This document shows, one piece after another, positions 54,761 through 64,000 of a DNA stretch of 64,000 bases; positions within the stretch are counted from its first letter, which is position 1; every line of letters starts with the position of its first letter. Source of the stretch: Eledone cirrhosa. Lineage: Eukaryota. Made by a program: the position numbers and the translations under genes. The notes beneath the pieces were generated by a model, which saw only the letters and a program-made list of their open reading frames with translations, was not told the origin of the DNA and searched no databases. The stretch covers positions 306,776,001 through 306,840,000 of the forward strand of contig OZ024742.1 in NCBI GenBank assembly GCA_964016885.1, in the 5' to 3' direction.

Positions 54761-55292
54761 ACAATCTAACGCAGCAACTTTTTCAGCTTTGCCAATCTTT
54801 ATAGTTGTCTTCCCGGTGTGTGTGGTGAAGCCCTAGTTTAAATAATATTGCTACAGCAGTTATCATCACCATTTAATTCTAAGAATTTTACCATTCAAAC
54901 CTTATTCTTTTTTAATTTCTCAACTTTTTTTATGTTTCAGTTTATTCCATTCCACTCTACTTCCTAACGACTTCAACACCATTGTGTATTATCGCCATTC
55001 TTATTACCATATATAGATAATAAAGAAATTGTTATTATAATTGTCTTTATTATTACTATTAACATTAATACTATAAGCTGTACAGCTAACTGTACTCCCT
55101 ATAACAGATTAGTCTTTTTATCATTATTGTTATGCATATCACTAGCTACTGTACATATATGTATAAACACATACATATATACATATATAAATGCATATTT
55201 ATATATACATATATATACACGCGCGCGCGCACACACACACACACACAGGAGATGGCTTTTCTACATGTATATATATGAATACATATATATGT

Positions 55293-55325
<33 letters not shown>

Positions 55326-55472
55326 CATGCATATATATGTATATGTGTATATATATATATATGTGTATATATATATATGCATATGTGTATGTATATATAT
55401 ATATATTTACATATATATATATATATATATATTATATACATATACATATGCATATAATATATATATATACAC

Positions 55473-55523
<51 letters not shown>

Positions 55524-55695
55524 TATATATGCATGTAAATATATATATATACATATACATATATATATATATACATATATATGGGTATATTTATATTACA
55601 GTTGAAATATTACGTCGATGGTGGCGATAATGGATGGAGCACTCAATTCCAGTGAAAAATAGATTATATAGATTATAGATATGTATGGATTCACA

Positions 55696-55737
<42 letters not shown>

Positions 55738-55754
55738 GTACGTACATATATATA

Positions 55755-55815
<61 letters not shown>

Positions 55816-56237
55816 ATATACATATGTATATATATATATATGTATTTGCACTTGTGTGTCTGTACGTACTAGTCTGACTCACTGTGGTTTTTAGTTATTT
55901 ATGTATTTATATGCACACGTGAATATATATATGTGTGTGATTACGATTAAGCTTTTATTGGAAGGTTCATTAAAATATCGTCATGTTTTGCAAGAAAACA
56001 AGAGGATTAAAATTGAATCAATAATATATTCTCTTCCCACTCCTCTATTTCTGCAGCAATGTATTATTCCTGAAATTGTTGTCGTATTTCGTATACAATG
56101 TGTATATGTATTTATTGCTGATTATAGTTTGGCTTTTTCTAGCTGTCAATTCCAATCTCAAAAGATATGAAATGCGGAAAAACAAGATATTTTTTTGAAT
56201 TTAACATCATATATATATATGTGTGTGTGTGTGTGCT

Positions 56238-56305
<68 letters not shown>

Positions 56306-56335
56306 ATATATATATAAATATATATATATATAAAT

Positions 56336-56446
<111 letters not shown>

Positions 56447-56495
56447 TACATATATACACACACATATATATATATATATCACGTACACACACATG

Positions 56496-56637
<142 letters not shown>

Positions 56638-56922
56638 TTCATGCAATTGACTTATGTTTTGTCACTATATATATATATATATGCATGTATGTATGTATAT
56701 ATGTATATATTGCAATTATTCATTTAATTAAATTACTGATCCTATTTTTACATTGAAGTCACTAGTACTGATATAGAATTTAGTAAGTCTGCATATATAC
56801 ATGTGCATACATATAATTATAAACGTGGTATATATATATATATATATATATATACATACACATAGATACACAGATATGTATATCTATACATATCATATAT
56901 ATATACAGTACAAATGTATATT

Positions 56923-56984
<62 letters not shown>

Positions 56985-57070
56985 AATGTACTGTGTTGTT
57001 GATGAAATGTTAAAGGAGTACTTAATATTTGTCCTGTAACTATGTTTTTTAAATACAGACACCTGTGCGC

Positions 57071-57111
<41 letters not shown>

Positions 57112-58024
57112 GTCTGTGTGTGTGTGTCTGTGTGTGTGTGCGTGTGCGTGTGTCTGTGTGTGTATGTGTGTGTGTGTGTGCGGTATCTGTGTATTTCTGT
57201 TTAGGCATGTGTATTCTCTGTTTGTGTGTGAGTGCTATTAAATTTCAACATATATAAGTATGACGAAAAACACTTCATTTCGAGAACATGGAAGAAAGAG
57301 AGATAGAGAGAAAAAAGAAATAGTGGCATAGGAAATTAGAGAGTGGGTTATTAGCATAGGAGAGAATTTAAATATCTGTAGTCTTGAGGAAAACAGATTG
57401 GTGCATATAAAGGAAAAGTATAATTAAGAAATTAACAATGAAATATATAGAAAATAAGAAAAATATGCTTGTTTCAGATTGTATCTATTTTTTCGCTATC
57501 AAATTCCTTTGTCCTATACAAAATAATGAAAATGATCTGTGGATTGAAATATGTAATAATCACAATTTTGTAAATGCCATTATTACAACAATAGACAGGA
57601 CTGATGTTGGCGAGCTTTGAAAGTGTTTAAGACATCGGATAGATTTGTCGTACGGTATTCTTTTCTGGTTTTCTGCATTAAGTCAGTTAAGTACTTTGGT
57701 CGATTCTTCTTCTTCTTCTTCTTCTTCTTCTTCTTCTTCTTCTTCTTCTTCTTCTTCTTCTTCTTCTTCTTCTTCTTCTTCTTCTAAGGATTATGTTCAA
57801 ACCTGCTGATAGATGACATTAGTAACTATGAGACGGGTGAGGAGAAGAAGACCTGACGCAAATGCTTGCAACACTATAGATTCCAGGCATAATGATATAA
57901 TCGAAGAATTATGATAGAAGCCACTGGCACGTGTTATCGGGAAGCCAGACTGAATACAGAATCAAGGCGTTTAAAGCGAACCTCTTAAGCCCGTATCTTA
58001 ATTTGCGCAAGGAGCAGGTGTAAT

Positions 58025-58205
58025 AATTGTTTCTACTTTTGTCGCAAGGCCACCAATTATCCAGTGCATTACTGATACTTTATTTTATCGACCCCGTAAG
58101 GATGAAAGGCAAAGTTAACCTCGGCGGGATTTGAACTCAGTCCGTAAAGGGACGTAACTGTGCTGCAAAGCATGGCGTTATACCCTCTACCGATACTGCC
58201 AATCC
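58025..58205 (-). mobile_element. Octopus-like tRNA SINE
   Basis: Reverse complement of the 13560-13750 family (ATCGACCCCGTAAGGATGAAAGGCAAAGTTAACCTCGGCGGGATTTGAACTCAG). Confidence 0.8.
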
Positions 58206-58779
58206 AGTAATAATATAGTAGAAATATATACACTTGCACATATCCATGTCTGCACATAGAGTGGTTTTTAATGGTATACTGGAACTACATATAACTGCAA
58301 ATATCCATAACTGCATATAATTGCATAGTAGAATTATATAAAACTGCTAATATATATGTGGGCATATAAGAAGCTTCAATGGCATATTCAATCTTATTAT
58401 AACGACCAACATTCAATGATGGTGCTTTCTCGTCGAATGCTAGCAATAGGGGCAATATATCCTGCTGAAACTCTACATTTCTGAACATGTAAAGGCATAT
58501 TAACTTACTTTGTACTATAAATCACAATAAAGGAGAATGGTATTAAATTTCATACATAAATTCTCGAACAGACTTTAAAAAGATATATATATATGCACAC
58601 ATACATACAAACATACATGCATGCATACATACATATAAACATAGATGCATGCATACATACATATATACATACATACGTACTACATACTAGCGTACGTACA
58701 CAGGCATACATACAAACATACATACATAAAACATACATACATACAGACATACTTAATCGATATCTGACGAAGTCTGCTA

Positions 58780-59900
58780 CATATACCTGGGGATAGATGA
58801 GAATATATCCTATAATTGTATTTGTAATAAGTCACGCGTAACCAGGCAATATTACACCCGATTAAGGAAAGTACTGTCATCGGAACTCTCTGCGCACAGT
58901 AAAACAGAGGCTCACAAAGTGTTTGCTGTGCCTGTCCTAACACCAACGTTTGGAATACTCGAGCGGATGATACACGAAATCCGAGCAATTGATGTTAAAA
59001 CTCGAAAAATTCTAAACAACACCGGAAACTTCCACATCAACCGTGATACAGTCCACCTCTACGTGAAACGTAAGCAGGGAGGCAGATGCCTAACATCGGT
59101 CCAGACAGCATTTGAGTGTCGCATCATATCCCTCCGATAGCATTTACAAAACTCCAAGTGAAGGAGCCTATCCATTGAGCAAGTCTGTCAGCATTAGACA
59201 GTTAAGATTATGAGAGTTGGGAAGGAACTCCTTGTAAGATGTTCCCTTCATGATAATCAAAACTCACACCCAGAGAAATTGCGCAGCATTACCGCAGCGA
59301 ATACATGGATAAAAGACTGCAAGCTTACCTCCAGAGTTGGAGTAATATAGATAAGCAAAGTAGTCTATCTTGGAACAACAACCGCTATATTGGCTCTCAA
59401 TTTGAAGGATATGCCTTTGCAATCCAAGAACAGGAAATCAATACAAAATACCTGATTCACAAAAGAGATAGGGATGCAGGCAAAACACCTAGATGTGACA
59501 AGTGCAGACTCTGCAGAATTAACATCGAAGATGTCATCCATGTCATAAACAGCTGTCCAAAGATGTCATCACGGTACTATCTCCCTATGAGGCATGATGT
59601 AGTGGCGAAATCACTGTACAATGCAATCCGTAGAAAAGATAGCCCCGACAATAAACACATTAAAAGTTACAGTAATGTGGAAGACATACATATACATAAT
59701 ATGAAAGAGTACTGGTGGAATGCTCCAGTAAAAGCCTCAATAAAATGCGGGCATAATAGAGCAGATATAATGATATGGGACAGGCAAAAGAAGGCATGCA
59801 CAGGGGTGGAAGTTAGCTGCCCAGTAGATGCCAATATAATATTAAAGATTAGCGAAAATATCTATGCAGAACTAATGAGAAATCTACAGATACTTCAACC
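58780..59900 (+). mobile_element. R4/Dong-like RLE non-LTR retrotransposon fragment
   Basis: YLGI, FAVPVL, LYVKRKQGGR, AIQEQEINTKY, CRLC..EDVIHVINSCP..RHD and RADI..EVSCP (CCHC plus restriction-like endonuclease). Confidence 0.85.
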
Positions 59901-60089
59901 TTACCTGCACACGCATGCAGACATGCAGACATATCTACCTAGTTGATGTTGTTAAAATTCCAATGAGTCTTGTATCTATGTTAGAAACCGACTCCCTCTC
60001 ACTATTGATAAAGGTTTATAAAATTATAAAACCAGAAGAACATACATGCGTACGTGCGTACAGCATACGTTCATACACACCTACATACA

Positions 60090-60198
60090 TGATGGCTGCT
60101 ACCTCGTTATCGATTATGGCCATTGCACGATAGAATTAGTAAAAGCAAATAAAATAAAATAAAAAGTACACACCTACACACATACACACGCACGCACG

Positions 60199-60230
<32 letters not shown>

Positions 60231-60242
60231 CACACACACGCA

Positions 60243-60324
<82 letters not shown>

Positions 60325-60600
60325 TATCGATCGAATGTGTTTTCTTAGGACAGCCAATGATCTAAAATGTCTTAGCAAGCATTCACCGACAGTGGTTGTT
60401 CTTCCTGTACTGTTGCATGTCGTTTGAACCCTCCTGCTGATCGCCACGCTCTTCCACGTGCTTGACAGGTATGATGAGTAGTATCTCCGACAGCAGCCTG
60501 GTAGTCAATCACTGGTCTCAATTTTATATGACTGCGAAGATAACTTTTGAGTCCAGGTTCGCTGAGGCAGAGTCTTGCACAGACGCTGCATGTCAGCGCA
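60090..60600 (-). mobile_element. RTE-type LINE 3' end with C2H2 fingers and (TG)n in the 3' UTR
   Basis: LTCSVCARLCLSEPGLKSYLRSH is followed by a second eroded finger. The 3' terminus is shared with 30621-30664. Confidence 0.7.
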
Positions 60601-61129
60601 ATACATACATAATACATACATACATGCGTACGTACGCACATACATTCATACAAACAAATATACATACATACATACATACATAGAAACCTACCTACATACA
60701 TACATACATTCATACACGTATATGCATTTGCATATATACAGCAACCAGTGTATGCATTTCAACTCTGAGTAGTATCGAACGCTCATGCTTTTGTACGATA
60801 AAATATAGAACACACACATATATATGTGAGTGTGTCTGCATGAGTGTTCTTGTGTACGTGTGTGCATATTCACACATCAATAAGAACAAATCTTGATCCG
60901 ATTTTCGATGCTTGAGGAGTCTGGACACATTTATAAGATTCTCTTATAAACCATTCTATCAAATGCTATAACTAGTAGTTATTCTCCCAATTGCATACAC
61001 TGACTGATAAACAGACACACATTGCCATATACATGCAAGTACACACATATGCAAACATGTACATACGTGAATATTCATGTGAGTGTGTTCATATATATAT
61101 ATGTATATATATAAATATGTGTGTGTTGT

Positions 61130-61186
<57 letters not shown>

Positions 61187-61297
61187 TCACATACATATAA
61201 ATATTTACTTACATATAGATATAGATTTATATATGCATATGCATATATCTATATATTTATACATATAAACCATGTATCTTAGTGTGAGTATGTATGT

Positions 61298-61419
<122 letters not shown>

Positions 61420-61520
61420 GTATATATATTTATTTATATGCACACATACATACACACACACACAAACACACACATATATATATCGGGGTATGTATAAACA
61501 TATGTAACTACACAGAAGCA

Positions 61521-61627
<107 letters not shown>

Positions 61628-61939
61628 GTGTGTGTGTGTGCATACGTACATACGTATATACAGATTTTTTTTATTCTTGGAAGCTATGTAAATTTCTTTT
61701 TCTTCAAACTTATCTTGCCGTTCAACGAAATTATCGATTTTTAACATTCTATTGTTAAATTCCTCCTTTCTTTACAGCTACTTTTTCTTGCGATTTCTTC
61801 TTATGATTTATTGTTATTATCCATATTATCATTATTACTATTTTTATTACTATTAATATCATCATCACCATTAGAATTATTGTTTTTAATTATTATTTTG
61901 ATTATTATTATTATCATTATCATTATTTTGATGATGATA

Positions 61940-62007
<68 letters not shown>

Positions 62008-62498
62008 TATCATTATTATTATCTTTTCATACTCAATATTTTTATGCAACAGCCGTAAGCTTAGTCGATTCTTCCTGATGTTGTTGTTGTTGTTGTAAGC
62101 AGTGTTATCTTTTTTTTTCTTTTTTTTTCAATGAATTACTGATATATTTCTTTTCAATAATTAAATTTATAAAGAAAGAGTGTCGCCTAATCATTTCTAT
62201 TTTGTCTTGAGAATTTACTTCACGATAATTCTTTAATTAGAATTTATGAATATGTTCGGCTTGCCACGAGGGTTGTATCATCTAGATGAAGCATAATTTC
62301 TAAAGAACCAAATCTATACCACCCTTCATTCTTTTGTAGTCGTAATTTTGACTCGAACACAACTAACATCTGTTCACATACCATAACACATTACGCTGTC
62401 AGTTTTTGCATAACTGCATATTTTGACAACAGAATCGAATTGAACACACGCATACCTATAAATAGAGTGTTATATATATATAATATATATATATACAT

Positions 62499-62575
<77 letters not shown>

Positions 62576-62576
<1 letters not shown>

Positions 62577-64000
62577 AACCTAAACATCTAGCACGTATGC
62601 AACTCCATGGAAAAACTTATAAACGTTAAAACAGAACAAGAAACCTCACACCACATTAAAAACAAAATTGGACACTGGAAAAAAACAATTGAAAACAAGG
62701 AAATTCACTTTTTGGAATATGGTGAAAAATTTCAACAAAGATGGAATATATCAAAAATGGATCAACTCCACACCAATAATCTTACCCCATAAATTCCAAA
62801 TAAAACCCGTAACTAATGAACCTGAACAACAACGGAAACTACGAGAACAAATGTCACTCAACAAAATTAATATGGAAATAGAACTCCTAAAACTAAGAGC
62901 CACCTCCAATGAACAAAAATACCAGGACATCGATCAACAAAGGTAAATAGAATGTGCGAAACACACAGATGGACCAACTCTACAAAATCTAATTAAATCC
63001 TGGAAACAGGACTGCGAGAATGCAGAACTAATCTCATTAAAACGATGTGAAAAGAATCTGAAAATTGGTTCCTCAAATATGAAGTGGATTTCAAAACAAT
63101 GCATCACACAGATAACCCCTTTACAAAGAAATTTAACAAAACAAGAATCCCCTCAGCGAAATACATACTTCCAACCCCAACACACATAGACTACAGACAA
63201 AACCTCACTCTACACAGACCATATACAACCAACTGCAGCAGAAGAAACATACCCAACCACCACATCATAGGTACCCACAAGAGAAACCAACCCCCAAACA
63301 ACATAGTACTAGCCCGCAATACAAACACCATACACTCTAGAAGAAACCCACTGAGACCACATAAAATCCCAACAAAACCTCTCCACACTAACAACTACCA
63401 CACATATCACCCCCTAACACTATAAGAAACAACCCCACATCAACACTATGCATCCCAGAAGGAACCCACCCTGACCACATGAACCCACAACAGAACCCTT
63501 ACACAATAACAACTATAACAGACACCACCCCCATCACACATTAACTTTCATGTAAAAACTAACTACAGACCCATACAAAACAGACAAGCAGAATACAATT
63601 ACAACCAAAACAACATTACTTTTTTAGGAACAAAACTGAAATACCAGAACACCCGATGGCCTCCACTCATGAGAAGCCGAAGTTAATTAACTTTTAAAAA
63701 GCATCACTAACCAACACACAAATTAATACTTTAAGTAAGGGACTGAAATTTACACCAACACCACAAAAATCTAACTTGCCCGAAATGAAAGATGACATCA
63801 TGGAATTCAGCCGAAAACTCAGACTAATAGAATACTTCTCTAATGACAACAACACTGAAGACGAATCAATACTCTGAAACAAAAGTGATTTCTGCCCACA
63901 GAAAGGGAGGAACAGAGCACTGGACATCTACTGCGATCGCACCATCAACTTCCCCTATGAACAAATTACAAATAAACACACGAAATCGAACCTCTCCAAA
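62576..64000 (+). mobile_element. Penelope-like element 5' portion (upstream ORF + RT N-terminus), degraded, continuing past the window
   Basis: From 63668 the sequence reads KLINF*KASLTNTQINTLSKGLKFTPTP..DIMEFSRKLRLIEYF..SNLS, a PLE N-terminal signature. A broken, helical K/E/Q-rich ORF lies upstream, and the element starts after (TA)n. Confidence 0.8.

Overview
AT-rich, microsatellite-saturated animal non-coding DNA. The tRNA-derived SINEs resemble those I recall from Octopus, so a cephalopod source is my inference. I found no host protein-coding exon, and most ORF-track entries are translated microsatellites. The window is a mosaic of mobile elements: three Penelope-like elements (PLEs, one Naiad-like), a near full-length Tx1/L1 LINE plus truncated copies all within (GATA)n, RTE/R4/CRE LINE remnants, a mariner, a hAT MITE, SINEs and a 35-bp minisatellite. 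The main unexplained signal is about 17 type I hammerhead ribozyme (HHR) motifs, read by eye. They sit in PLE termini and in several short non-coding elements next to (TA)n tracts, which show partial-tandem (retrozyme-like) copies of 429-490 nt units and 5' inversions or fold-back hairpins. Supporting details include covarying stem III palindromes, a U3-A8 core variant, and fold-backs centred on pre-existing hairpins. A second signal is a covarying helix that pairs the 5' and 3' parts of internally deleted RTE derivatives. All structure calls are manual and boundaries are approximate.
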